Under the pieces are notes generated by a model that worked only from the letters and a program-made list of their open reading frames with translations, searched no databases and was not told the DNA's origin. The translations under genes and the position numbers were made by a program. From Candidatus Latescibacterota bacterium (GTDB taxonomy: Bacteria; Latescibacterota; UBA2968), in assembly GCA_965208125.1 (NCBI GenBank), contig OZ242320.1:2656001-2720000 (forward strand): DNA of 64,000 nucleotides. Reading direction: 5' to 3'. Below are positions 10,304 through 19,052 of this stretch, in pieces. Position 1 is the stretch's first letter. Each line of letters opens with the position of its first letter.

Positions 10304-10408
10304 ATAACGCTCTGGGGGTATATTTTGTAGGACTGGACAAAATACCGCGAAATGATTACTTTCAAAGTCGCAACCAAAAAGCGATAATCCAATCGCCAAG
10401 GAGGCAAA

Positions 10409-11350
10409 ATGCGGCAGTATATTATGGGAGTATGCGTGATCGTATTTGGGGTCTTATCTTGCATGGTCGATACAACTGAGGCCGTTGAGGTCGTTCTCAA
10501 ATCGGGTCGCGTTGTGCGAGGCGAACTGATTCGGGAGACTGCGACTTCTATTACGCTTCAGCTATCTTCCAGCCGGATCGAAATTTCCAAGTTGAGTATC
10601 AAAACAATTGATGGACGTTCTCCTTTTGAACGGCGCAGATCCCGCGCGGCAGTATCTTCCGATAGTACAAGTAAGATGGAGGTGCAAATTTCCGCAGGCC
10701 ATTTTCTCATGGGAGATACCCGAGATAAAAATGCGCCTGTACACAAGGTGTATCTCGATTCATACTGGGTTGACACACGCGAAGTTACCAATGCTCAGTA
10801 CCGCGAATTTGTGACGAGTACAGGGCATGCGGCCCCACGGTATTGGGGCGAGGCCAAATACAATGACCCCAACCAACCCGTTGTGGGTGTTTCCTGGGAT
10901 GACGCCAATGCCTATTGTTCTTGGAAGGGTAAACGACTGCCGACTGAAGCAGAATGGGAGCGGGCAGCGCGGGGGGTACAAAGCCGTCTTTACCCCTGGG
11001 GCGACCGTTTTGACGTCACGCGAACAAATACCAGAGAAACCCGAAACCGGCGTCCGATGCCTGTGGGAACTTTCCCCGAAGGTGCTACCAGTGAGGGCTT
11101 GCTCGATATGTCGGGCAATGTGTGGGAGTGGTGTTGGGATTGGTATGATGAGGGATATTATCGCGTCTCTCCTCTCAATAATCCCACGGGTCCAGAAGCC
11201 GGGAAAAAGCGTGTCATAAGGGGTGGGGGCTGGAGTGCTCCTCATATCCACATGGCTCGGCGGCGAGGTGAAAAGCCCGATAAGACCTACCCTTCTCTGG
11301 GTTTTCGATGCGCCAGATCGGATACTCAGGCACGGGCGAAACAAGAATAA
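10409..11350 (+). CDS. Secreted FGE-sulfatase (SUMF1) domain protein
   Basis: Signal peptide; RLPTEAEWERAARG, DMSGNVWEW, RGGGW, GFRCA. Confidence 0.85.
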   Translation: MRQYIMGVCVIVFGVLSCMVDTTEAVEVVLKSGRVVRGELIRETATSITLQLSSSRIEISKLSIKTIDGRSPFERRRSRAAVSSDSTSKMEVQISAGHFLMGDTRDKNAPVHKVYLDSYWVDTREVTNAQYREFVTSTGHAAPRYWGEAKYNDPNQPVVGVSWDDANAYCSWKGKRLPTEAEWERAARGVQSRLYPWGDRFDVTRTNTRETRNRRPMPVGTFPEGATSEGLLDMSGNVWEWCWDWYDEGYYRVSPLNNPTGPEAGKKRVIRGGGWSAPHIHMARRRGEKPDKTYPSLGFRCARSDTQARAKQE

Positions 11351-11357
11351 TAAGATG

Positions 11358-11389
11358 AAAAAAAAGCCGCTGATAAGCGGCTTTTTTTT
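11358..11389. terminator. Bidirectional intrinsic terminator
   Basis: A8-GCCGCT-GATA-AGCGGC-T8 between convergent genes. Confidence 0.85.
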
Positions 11390-11408
11390 ATGAACTTTCA
11401 CAAAATCA

Positions 11409-11828
11409 TTACAGGTCGAGATCGTCCAAACCCTCCAGTTCATCCAATACCTCGTCTTCGCCTACTATGGTATCCGACTCTCGAATCACTACCAGAATGG
11501 ACGCCTGGGGTACAATGAGATATTTCTCCCCTTCAAAAGAGATCTCCATCGCGGCTTTTTGCAAAAATAAGGCAAAATCGCCTTCCTCAACTTGCAGGGG
11601 CAAATACCGCGGTTCTTTTGGAGAATTGCGCCAGGGTTCATCGTCTTCCGGCGTTTCTGGCAGCGGGAGCCCAGGCCCTGTGGCCATAATGCGACCGCTC
11701 TGTACTTCCTCTTTTTCGACCACAGTTTGAGGCAAATAAAGCCCTACTTTGGTTCGTTCTTCCAAATCTTCCTGCTTGACCAAAACGCGGTCGCCAATAA
11801 CGACGAGTTCTTTGTTTCCTATTTGCAT
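11409..11828 (-). CDS. GroES/Cpn10-family co-chaperone (stand-alone)
   Basis: IGDRVLV, GLYLP, G.IMATGPG, V.EGD..LF, GEKYLIV; acidic C-terminal tail. Confidence 0.8.
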   Translation of the reverse strand: MQIGNKELVVIGDRVLVKQEDLEERTKVGLYLPQTVVEKEEVQSGRIMATGPGLPLPETPEDDEPWRNSPKEPRYLPLQVEEGDFALFLQKAAMEISFEGEKYLIVPQASILVVIRESDTIVGEDEVLDELEGLDDLDL

Positions 11829-11943
11829 TGCATCTTCTCGCTCAATGAGTCCGTTATACATCTGAACAATTGTTTGTGAAACTTAAAAAATTGTACCGCA
11901 AGTGTCAACAGTTTAGGGGTAAAACTATTTGAATAATAAAATC

Positions 11944-11972
11944 TTGACAAATGGATGGATAAGGTATATTAT
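11944..11972 (+). promoter_or_regulatory. Sigma70-type promoter of the holB-metG leader
   Basis: TTGACA-17 nt-TATTAT. Confidence 0.75.
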
Positions 11973-12015
11973 TTTTCACCGCGTTGTGATATACTTTTGA
12001 TTATGGAGCCGTTCC

Positions 12016-12111
12016 ATGTTGTTTTTTGTGCCAACAATGCAAATGCCGATGCCCGTCACTGTACGGGCTACACGTGTTGTACATTCCCACTGTGAGCAGG
12101 GGCATGGATAG
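12016..12111 (+). CDS. Putative Met-rich leader peptide (31 aa)
   Basis: GGAG at 12005-12008; translates MLFFVPTMQMPMPVTVRATRVVHSHCEQGHG*; followed by a terminator hairpin. Confidence 0.45.
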   Translation: MLFFVPTMQMPMPVTVRATRVVHSHCEQGHG

Positions 12112-12137
12112 CGGATCATTTTAGTCGTTTGCAAAAT

Positions 12138-12175
12138 AAAAAAAGCCGTTGGAATGTTCCGTTCCAGCGGCTTTT
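12138..12175 (+). terminator. Leader terminator/attenuator hairpin upstream of holB
   Basis: AAAAGCCGTTGGAA-7 nt-TTCCAGCGGCTTTT. Confidence 0.6.
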
Positions 12176-12192
12176 CATCATGAGAGGCGATA

Positions 12193-13236
12193 TTGAAACG
12201 GGTGATTGGACAGAAACGAGCAATTCAGTTTTTGACCGAATTGGTTGAGAGAGATCGAGTCCCGCACGCGCTGTTGTTTTTGGGGACTTCTGGCACAGGT
12301 GCAATGGCGGCGGCATTGGATTTTGTACAGGCATTGCATTGTCGGGCAGATGGTGCTGTGGCCTGTGGACATTGTGCCGCATGCCACAAGGTGACAAATC
12401 TCAATCATCCAGATAGTACGCTGCTCTTTCCCTTTTCTTCTCGCGTGAAAGAGGAAGATAGACAAGGCGTATTGCTTCAGGTGTGGCAATCGCCTTATCA
12501 CTATCCATTGCCCGACGACAATGCAGCGATTGCCATTGATCGGGTTCGGGAGATGCAGCGGCAGTTTACGCACAGTGCTTTTGCGGGGGGCTGGCGCACG
12601 ACTCTTATTTTACACGCGGATCAAATGCGCGCGGAGGCGGCCAACGCCATGTTGAAAACTTTGGAGGAACCGCCTGTTCGGTCGTTGATGATCTTGATTG
12701 CTCCCCATGGCGATGCGTTGTTGCCCACCATTGTGTCTCGGTGTCAGTTTGTGAAATTTTCCGCGCTTTCGCCGTATGATATCAGTACTGAATTGGCGGC
12801 AAAGGGCGTTGATAAAACAACGGCAGATTTTATTGGACGCACGTGTGGCGGCGACTTTCGCAGGGCATTGGATATGACCGATGGCCATATCGCAGACAAG
12901 CAAGATCGTTCATTTCGGTTTTTGGAAGCCTTGCTGTGGGAGCAGGAGGAGCGCACGTTTGAAGCACTGGCAAAACTCGACCGACAAGAGGCATTGGATA
13001 TTTTGGCAGGTGCAGAAATCTGGCTCAGGGACGCGCTGTTGTTGCAATGTGGTCGGGAAGATAATATAGCCAATGCCGATCATGTGGACAATGTCGGGCG
13101 ATTGGCTGAGGTTTTTGATCTGGACCAACTCGCCGCAATTGTAAAAAAGATTGAATCACTGCGGGAGATGAATCACCGCAATGTAAATATGAATCTGGGC
13201 TTGATTTCGCTCTGGCGACAGATCAGGTCCTTTTGA
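12193..13236 (+). CDS. holB: DNA polymerase III delta-prime subunit
   Basis: HALLFLG, Zn motif CGHCAAC, HPD, AANAMLKTLEEPP, LLPTIVSRCQ; TTG start. Confidence 0.9.
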   Translation: MKRVIGQKRAIQFLTELVERDRVPHALLFLGTSGTGAMAAALDFVQALHCRADGAVACGHCAACHKVTNLNHPDSTLLFPFSSRVKEEDRQGVLLQVWQSPYHYPLPDDNAAIAIDRVREMQRQFTHSAFAGGWRTTLILHADQMRAEAANAMLKTLEEPPVRSLMILIAPHGDALLPTIVSRCQFVKFSALSPYDISTELAAKGVDKTTADFIGRTCGGDFRRALDMTDGHIADKQDRSFRFLEALLWEQEERTFEALAKLDRQEALDILAGAEIWLRDALLLQCGREDNIANADHVDNVGRLAEVFDLDQLAAIVKKIESLREMNHRNVNMNLGLISLWRQIRSF

Positions 13237-13250
13237 GTGGGTGTAGAAAA

Positions 13251-15137
13251 ATGGGCACATTTTATATTACGACACCGATTTATTACGTCAATGATGAACC
13301 CCATATCGGGCATGCGTACACGACGATTATGGCCGATGTGCTGTCGCGTTTTCATCGCCTGGCCGGCGATGATGTGTTGTTTTTGACGGGTACGGATGAG
13401 CACGGGCAGAAAGTGGATGAGGCGGCGAAAGAACGCAATTTGTCGCCGCAGGCACACGCCGATGAGATGGTGGTGCGATTTCAGGCGTTGTGGGAGGTTT
13501 TAAATATTTCAAACGATGATTTTATTCGCACAACCGAAACGAGGCACAAGCGCGTTGTCTCCGAGATTTTGCAACGCATTTACGATGCAGGCGAGGTTTA
13601 TTCCGACAATTATGAGGGCTGGTATTGTATTCCAGATGAGCGGTTCTGGACGGAGAAGGATCTGGTGGATGGGAATTGTCCGGATTGCGGGCGGCCGACT
13701 GAGAAGATTTCGGAGAAGAATTATTTTTTTAAAATGAGCAAATACCAGGACTGGCTCATTGAGTATATTGAGACACATCCCGATTTTATTCGTCCAGAAA
13801 AGCGGCGCAACGAGATTCTCGGATTTTTGCGTCAGCCGCTGGGCGATTTGTGTATTTCTCGCCCTAAAGCGCGTTTGGAATGGGGGATTCCGCTTCCTTT
13901 TGATGAGGATTATGTCTGTTATGTGTGGTTCGATGCGCTGATCAATTATATCACGGCACCGGGTTATATCGCAGATGATGCGCGTTTTGAGCACTGGTGG
14001 CAGGCGTCTTGTCATTTGATTGGTAAGGATATTTTGACCACGCACTGCGTGTATTGGCCCACGATGCTCAAGGCGATAGGTGTGCCATTGCCCAAAACGA
14101 TTATGGGGCATGGTTTTTGGCTCGTGGATGAGACAAAGATGGGGAAGTCGCTGGGCAATGCGATCCGGCCTCTGGATCTGGCGGATAAATACGGGGTGGA
14201 TGCGTTCCGGTATTTTCTGGTGCGCGATATGACGCTGGGGCAGGATAGCAATTTTAGCGAGGAGGCTTTTGTTCAGCGCTATAATACCGAGTTGGCCAAT
14301 GAGTTGGGCAATTTGCTGAATCGTTCGGTGGTTATGGCTGCGCGATATTTGGATGGGGTTGTGCCTGCTGTGGATGTCAACCACGCGGCGCTCAACGCTT
14401 TGAAAGCGCAGACAGACGAGACGCTCAATGCGGTGGGCAAAGCTATTGATGCGATGAATCCCAATGCGGTGCTGGATGCGGTTTGGCGGTTGGTGCGAGA
14501 AGCCAATCGGTTTGTCGAGGTGCAGGCGCCGTGGCATTTGGTGAAGGATGCGAGCAAGAGGGCCGAGCTTGAGGTGACGATTTACGCGTTGCTGGAGACG
14601 ATGCGGCAATTGGCCGTGTTGCTGTTTCCGGTGATTCCCTCAAAGGCGTGTGAGATTTGGCGGCAACTCGGTGTAAAGGGTTCGCCGGAAGGTGTTCATT
14701 TGGATGGTTTAAAAACATGGGGGGGGCTGGATGCCAATTTGAAGGTTGCACCTGGCGATCCGGTGTTCCCGCGTATTGAGGAGGTCAATGTGGCAGAGGA
14801 AAAAACAGAAGAAGATTTGATTTCTTTTGCAGAATTTCAGAAGCTCAAGTTGCGCGTTGCTAAAATTGACGCAGCCGAGCGCGTGAAGGGGGCAGATCGC
14901 CTGTTGCAGTTGCAGATCAGTTTGGGCGATGAGCAACGCCAGATTGTCGCCGGGATTGCCGAGTTTTACGAACCAGAGGCACTCGTTGGACAGCAGATTG
15001 TGGTGGTTGCCAATCTGGAGCCAGCGACTATTCGCGGTGTCGAGTCCCAGGGTATGCTGCTGGCTGCTTCCGATGATAACGGCCTCGCACTCGTGACACC
15101 GGATAGTGAGATTAGTGATGGGGCAGAAGTTAATTGA
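13251..15137 (+). CDS. metG: Methionine--tRNA ligase with C-terminal tRNA-binding domain
   Basis: YITTPIYYVN, HIGH, YVWFDAL, KMGKS, C-terminal OB fold. Confidence 0.97.
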   Translation: MGTFYITTPIYYVNDEPHIGHAYTTIMADVLSRFHRLAGDDVLFLTGTDEHGQKVDEAAKERNLSPQAHADEMVVRFQALWEVLNISNDDFIRTTETRHKRVVSEILQRIYDAGEVYSDNYEGWYCIPDERFWTEKDLVDGNCPDCGRPTEKISEKNYFFKMSKYQDWLIEYIETHPDFIRPEKRRNEILGFLRQPLGDLCISRPKARLEWGIPLPFDEDYVCYVWFDALINYITAPGYIADDARFEHWWQASCHLIGKDILTTHCVYWPTMLKAIGVPLPKTIMGHGFWLVDETKMGKSLGNAIRPLDLADKYGVDAFRYFLVRDMTLGQDSNFSEEAFVQRYNTELANELGNLLNRSVVMAARYLDGVVPAVDVNHAALNALKAQTDETLNAVGKAIDAMNPNAVLDAVWRLVREANRFVEVQAPWHLVKDASKRAELEVTIYALLETMRQLAVLLFPVIPSKACEIWRQLGVKGSPEGVHLDGLKTWGGLDANLKVAPGDPVFPRIEEVNVAEEKTEEDLISFAEFQKLKLRVAKIDAAERVKGADRLLQLQISLGDEQRQIVAGIAEFYEPEALVGQQIVVVANLEPATIRGVESQGMLLAASDDNGLALVTPDSEISDGAEVN

Positions 15138-15681
15138 GAAGCAAATAGAGGTTAAAATTCGTCCATTGTGGCTCAGCGATGCAGCAGCAGTACAGCGATA
15201 TGCCTCTGATGAACGCGTTGCGCGTACTACTACCATACCCCAACCATATCCGGAGAATGGTGGAGAAACTTTCGTCAAGAAAGGCGTTAGAGCACACAAA
15301 AATCGAGAGGCGTTCTTTTTTGCTATTGTTGCAGATGGCGATATGGTTGGGGTGGTAGAACTCGGGGCGGTTGACTACGAAAAATGCAGTGCCCGATGTG
15401 ATTACGGAATCGCATCGTCGCATTGGGGCAAGGGAATTGCGACCAGGGCTGTTGCTCTCGCGCTACACTACGCGTTCTGTGAACTCGGCATGGAGATCGT
15501 CCATTCGGCTTGCCTGAAGTGCAATCCGGCGTCTGCTCGCGTTCTGGAAAAGAATGGATTTCAGGAGATGGATGGGTTTCTATACAACAGTTCCAAGTTC
15601 GAGAACGAACCCGCACGGCGGTTTCAACTGACCCGACAGACGTGGGTAGCGGTGCATCAAAAAATGGCGGTAAAACAATGA
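15118..15681 (+). CDS. GNAT (RimJ/RimL-type) acetyltransferase
   Basis: HWGKGIAT and NPASARVLEKNGF motifs; start uncertain. Confidence 0.8.
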   Translation: MGQKLIEKQIEVKIRPLWLSDAAAVQRYASDERVARTTTIPQPYPENGGETFVKKGVRAHKNREAFFFAIVADGDMVGVVELGAVDYEKCSARCDYGIASSHWGKGIATRAVALALHYAFCELGMEIVHSACLKCNPASARVLEKNGFQEMDGFLYNSSKFENEPARRFQLTRQTWVAVHQKMAVKQ

Positions 15682-15854
15682 GACAAGTGATTATTTATCC
15701 GAGCGAAGATGGCTATTGGGTCGCTGAATGCCCCAGCTTGCCAGGTTGTATCAGTCAGGGAAAAACAAAACAGGAAGCTGTCGCCAATATCAAAGAGGCC
15801 ATTGAGGGATATGTTCTCTCTCTTGAAGAAGATGGATTGCCAGTTCCCGATTAA
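15678..15854 (+). CDS. HicB-family antitoxin (short form, possibly prematurely stopped)
   Basis: DGYWVAECPSLPGCISQGKTKQEAVANIKEAI; no hicA follows. Confidence 0.85.
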   Translation: MRQVIIYPSEDGYWVAECPSLPGCISQGKTKQEAVANIKEAIEGYVLSLEEDGLPVPD

Positions 15855-15935
15855 CACTTTGAGGCATTGGTCATAGTCGTGTGAGCGGATTATGGTGCTG
15901 TTTTATTAAAGTAAAGAGGAAGTGGAGAGATTACT

Positions 15936-16691
15936 ATGAATAACGGGCAGTGTCTGAATGAGCTACAAAAGGCCCTTGAGAATGATCTGCAACTCAGTGA
16001 AGTCTGGCAACGTACCAAAGAAGGCAAGTCTCCTACCAAAATAAAAGATGAATTGAAATTAGATAGAATTGGAGCTATTAGTAGGTTAATAAAGGCCATT
16101 GAGAAGGGTGACCTGCCCCAAAGTCCTTCGACAGCTAAACAGTGTAGAGGGGGATTACGAAGTTTCCTAAAACGACATCATGAGGACTTCTCAAAGGAGA
16201 CCATCCAGAAACTTGAGAAGCGGATTAAAGAATGCGATCGTCGGGCAAATAATCCCCAAGCCATAGAAGATGAAGACACCAAGGTGGAAAAAGAAACGAG
16301 CCAGGCGGTGGAATCCGGCGTCGCAGGGATCTACGTGTACACTTATCCTCACTACTACCGCCACTCGGTCGTTCAGGGAAAGGATGACGAGACTGATGAC
16401 CGGACATATCTGAAAATTGGGATGTCTGAAAAAGACGCTTTTAAGCGCGTTATGCAGCAGACGACAGGAATGCCTGAACGCCCAAGACTTCTACAAATCT
16501 GGGTGGTCGAAAACGATAGTGACCTGCGGGAAATTGAAAAGAAGATACATGACCATTTGCGTACGATTGGTCACAGTGGCCCCCACCAACGTAAAGAATG
16601 GTTCCTGACAAATGAACAGTCCGTAGCGTCAACCGCCAACCTTCTTGGCCTCAAGCTTCACTTTGAACTCAACCTGGAAACGGATGATTAG
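15936..16691 (+). CDS. GIY-YIG superfamily (T5orf172-like) domain protein
   Basis: GIYVY...YLKIGMS...R...QTTGMPE...EKKIH...EWF in the C-terminal half; helical N-terminus. Confidence 0.75.
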   Translation: MNNGQCLNELQKALENDLQLSEVWQRTKEGKSPTKIKDELKLDRIGAISRLIKAIEKGDLPQSPSTAKQCRGGLRSFLKRHHEDFSKETIQKLEKRIKECDRRANNPQAIEDEDTKVEKETSQAVESGVAGIYVYTYPHYYRHSVVQGKDDETDDRTYLKIGMSEKDAFKRVMQQTTGMPERPRLLQIWVVENDSDLREIEKKIHDHLRTIGHSGPHQRKEWFLTNEQSVASTANLLGLKLHFELNLETDD

Positions 16692-16771
16692 CAGGCTCTC
16701 GCATTGTGCCCTGAAGATTGTGATCAGGAGTCCTCAAATGGCTATCACCGACGGTGGGTCTCTTGTAAGAT

Positions 16772-17083
16772 ATGAATATTCTTGAAGGAATTTGTGAAAA
16801 GATACGAAGCGGTCAGTTTGAGTTCTCACAGCATGCTACTGATCAGAGTATTATTCGCCATATTAGCGTACAAGAACTGCGTGAAGCAATTGAAGGTAGT
16901 GAAGTGATTGAAGATTATCCCGACGACAAATACGGGCCGAGTTGCTTGATTCTCGGCTTCACAAAATCCAAGAGAACTTTGCATATTCAGTGTAGTTATC
17001 CATCAAGACCTTTGGTTAAAATCATTACACTTTATGAACCCGATCCTTCGCGATGGATTAATTTCAAAACAAGGAGAAAATAA
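16772..17083 (+). CDS. DUF4258 family putative toxin
   Basis: FSQHA...EVIEDYPDDKYGPSCLILG...LHI...IITLYEPD...W. Confidence 0.85.
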   Translation: MNILEGICEKIRSGQFEFSQHATDQSIIRHISVQELREAIEGSEVIEDYPDDKYGPSCLILGFTKSKRTLHIQCSYPSRPLVKIITLYEPDPSRWINFKTRRK

Positions 17084-17084
17084 A

Positions 17085-17321
17085 ATGTCTGATAATAAAG
17101 CGGTGCGTGAAACATTGGTTGAGATGAGCGTTACGTATAGTATTGAAGTCAATGGGCGGTTTGTTATCATTGAAGATGTTCCTGCTCGGGTCAATGTTGA
17201 GACGGGAGAAAGGTTCTTTTCTCCAGAGACTGTGGAATGTTTGCAACAGGCGGTTTGGGAACGATGTCAACCCGTTCGCACTATTGAAACACCTGTGTAT
17301 GATTATGCCGCATTGACATGA
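17085..17321 (+). CDS. YgiT-type (MqsA-like) putative antitoxin, Cys-less variant
   Basis: VIIEDVPARV..TGE.FFSPET and C-terminal PVYDY; directly follows the DUF4258 gene; AGGAG RBS. Confidence 0.8.
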   Translation: MSDNKAVRETLVEMSVTYSIEVNGRFVIIEDVPARVNVETGERFFSPETVECLQQAVWERCQPVRTIETPVYDYAALT

Positions 17322-17379
17322 CTATAGACTATTGATCTTTCCAAAAATTGCTAACATTTTTTGTTCTTAGTTTCATAGA

Positions 17380-17411
17380 CTGGATTGCGGCTAAAACCAT
17401 GCCGCAATGAC
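17380..17411. repeat. Short palindromic element (GTCATT...ATCCAG type)
   Basis: CTGGATTGCGGC-9 nt-GCCGCAATGAC; single copy in this window. Confidence 0.45.
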
Positions 17412-17487
17412 AATCAAAATTTTCTGAATTAAGCTAATAAAAAACTTTTTTACAGACCAATATTGTTTCAGTTTTCAGGATTTCAAC

Positions 17488-18258
17488 ATGCTTGTCGATT
17501 CACACGCACATTTGATGTTTCCACAGTTTCAGCAGGATCTGGACGATTTGCTCGCTCGGGCGCGTGCCGCGGGGGTGGGGCAGATTGTGAATGTGGGTAC
17601 AAATCTGGAGACGAGTCGGGCTGCTATTGATCTTGCCGAGGCACGGGCTGATGTGTTTGCTTCGGCGGGGTTTCATCCGTCGGATTCTGCAAAGGCGGAT
17701 GAAGCGGCTTTGAAAAAGTTGCCCGCGCTTTTGAAGCATCACAGGATTGTTGCGGTTGGCGAGACGGGGCTGGATTTTTATCGCGATTACGCGCCGCGCG
17801 AGGTTCAGGAACAGGCGTTTCGGGCACATATTCGCCTGGCGAGAGAGATGGGTTTGCCGCTGATTATTCACAGTCGGGGTGCTGAGACGCGCGTGTTAGA
17901 TGTATTGGAGGAAGAAGGCGGATCGGAAGTGGGCGGTGTGATGCACTGTTTTGGGGGGGATGTCGAAGGAGCCAAGCGTGCGGTTGATCTCAATTTTTAT
18001 CTGGGTTTTGGCGGTATTGTTACTTTCAAAAATTCGGGTGCGTTGAAGGTCGCATTGGATGTGCCCGCTGAGCGGTTGCTGTTGGAGACGGATTGTCCGT
18101 TTTTGGCACCGGCACCAAAGCGCGGCAAGCGCAATGAGCCGGCTTATGTGCGCTATGTTGCCGAGTTTCTGGCCGATGCTGGATGGGGGGATACTGGAGA
18201 TGTGTGTCGGCAGACGACGCAAAATGCTCAGGCTTTGTTTGGATTGGGATCAACGTGA
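17488..18258 (+). CDS. tatD: TatD family hydrolase
   Basis: DSHAH, GETGLD, IIHSR, LLLETDCPFLAP, RNEPA. Confidence 0.93.
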   Translation: MLVDSHAHLMFPQFQQDLDDLLARARAAGVGQIVNVGTNLETSRAAIDLAEARADVFASAGFHPSDSAKADEAALKKLPALLKHHRIVAVGETGLDFYRDYAPREVQEQAFRAHIRLAREMGLPLIIHSRGAETRVLDVLEEEGGSEVGGVMHCFGGDVEGAKRAVDLNFYLGFGGIVTFKNSGALKVALDVPAERLLLETDCPFLAPAPKRGKRNEPAYVRYVAEFLADAGWGDTGDVCRQTTQNAQALFGLGST

Positions 18259-19031
18259 AAACGAAGACGCGGCTGGGTCAGCATTTTCTCACAAATGGCG
18301 CAGCTATCGAGCGAATCGTAGAGGCTGCACAGATTGAAAGAGAGGATCTGGTCGTAGAAATTGGTCCTGGACGAGGTGCATTGACGGGCCTCTTGGTTGA
18401 GCGGGCAGATCAGGTGGTCGCTATTGAGATTGATGAGGCTTTGTGTGATCTGCTTTCTGATCGATTCGGTCCGCGGTTAAAAATTGTATCAGATGATGTG
18501 CGGCAGGTCAATTTGCCCGCGCTTGTTGAAACGTCAAAAAGAGAAAAGGCGGTTCTGGTGGGCAATTTGCCCTATCATATTACGGGTGCGCTCATCAGGC
18601 AAATTACGGATGCTCGAAGGGTTTGGAAACGCGCTGTGATTACAGTGCAGCGCGAGGTGGGGCAACGCATGATCGCTCCGCCGGGCAGTAAAATATATGG
18701 CGTGCTGTCGGTTGTTACACAGGTGCGATGTGTCGCAAAACGGTTGTTTGACCTGCCTCCCGCGCATTTTTATCCGCGACCCAAAGTGCACTCTTCTGTG
18801 TTGATGCTGGATTTTGAAGCGAATTCTGCTTATGATATTGTAGATGAAAGGCGTTTGTTTGGCGTGGTGCGCGCCGCATTTCAGCAGCGAAGAAAGATGG
18901 TGCGCAACGCACTATCTGGTGTGGTAGATGATGAGATTTTGATGGAGGCGAATATCGATGGCCGAGCGCGTCCCGAAACCATATCAATAGATGGGTTTGA
19001 ACGGATTTGCCGCGCATTGGCTATGCGATAG
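18255..19031 (+). CDS. rsmA: 16S rRNA m6,2A dimethyltransferase
   Basis: LGQHFL, EIGPGRG, GNLPYHI, F.PRPKVHS, FQQRRK; GTG start overlaps the tatD stop. Confidence 0.93.
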   Translation: MKTKTRLGQHFLTNGAAIERIVEAAQIEREDLVVEIGPGRGALTGLLVERADQVVAIEIDEALCDLLSDRFGPRLKIVSDDVRQVNLPALVETSKREKAVLVGNLPYHITGALIRQITDARRVWKRAVITVQREVGQRMIAPPGSKIYGVLSVVTQVRCVAKRLFDLPPAHFYPRPKVHSSVLMLDFEANSAYDIVDERRLFGVVRAAFQQRRKMVRNALSGVVDDEILMEANIDGRARPETISIDGFERICRALAMR

Positions 19032-19052
19032 TTTTATAGAAAGGGATTTGTT

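Noticed and set aside
10409-11350. FGE-fold protein as a diversity-generating retroelement target
   Set aside because: No reverse transcriptase and no template/variable repeat pair seen in the window
12003-12095. Alternative Cys-rich uORF MEPFHVVFC...TCCTFPL in the holB leader
   Set aside because: No RBS precedes it; the GGAG is positioned for the ATG at 12016
12000-12190. T-box or SAM riboswitch upstream of metG
   Set aside because: No T-box AAGGTGGxACC core or SAM-I ATCxAGAG signature is visible
13509-14609. Long antisense ORFs (also 26571-27521, 27525-28442, 39099-40001, 56505-57398, 57888-59012)
   Set aside because: They are shadows opposite well-conserved genes, with no recognisable motifs
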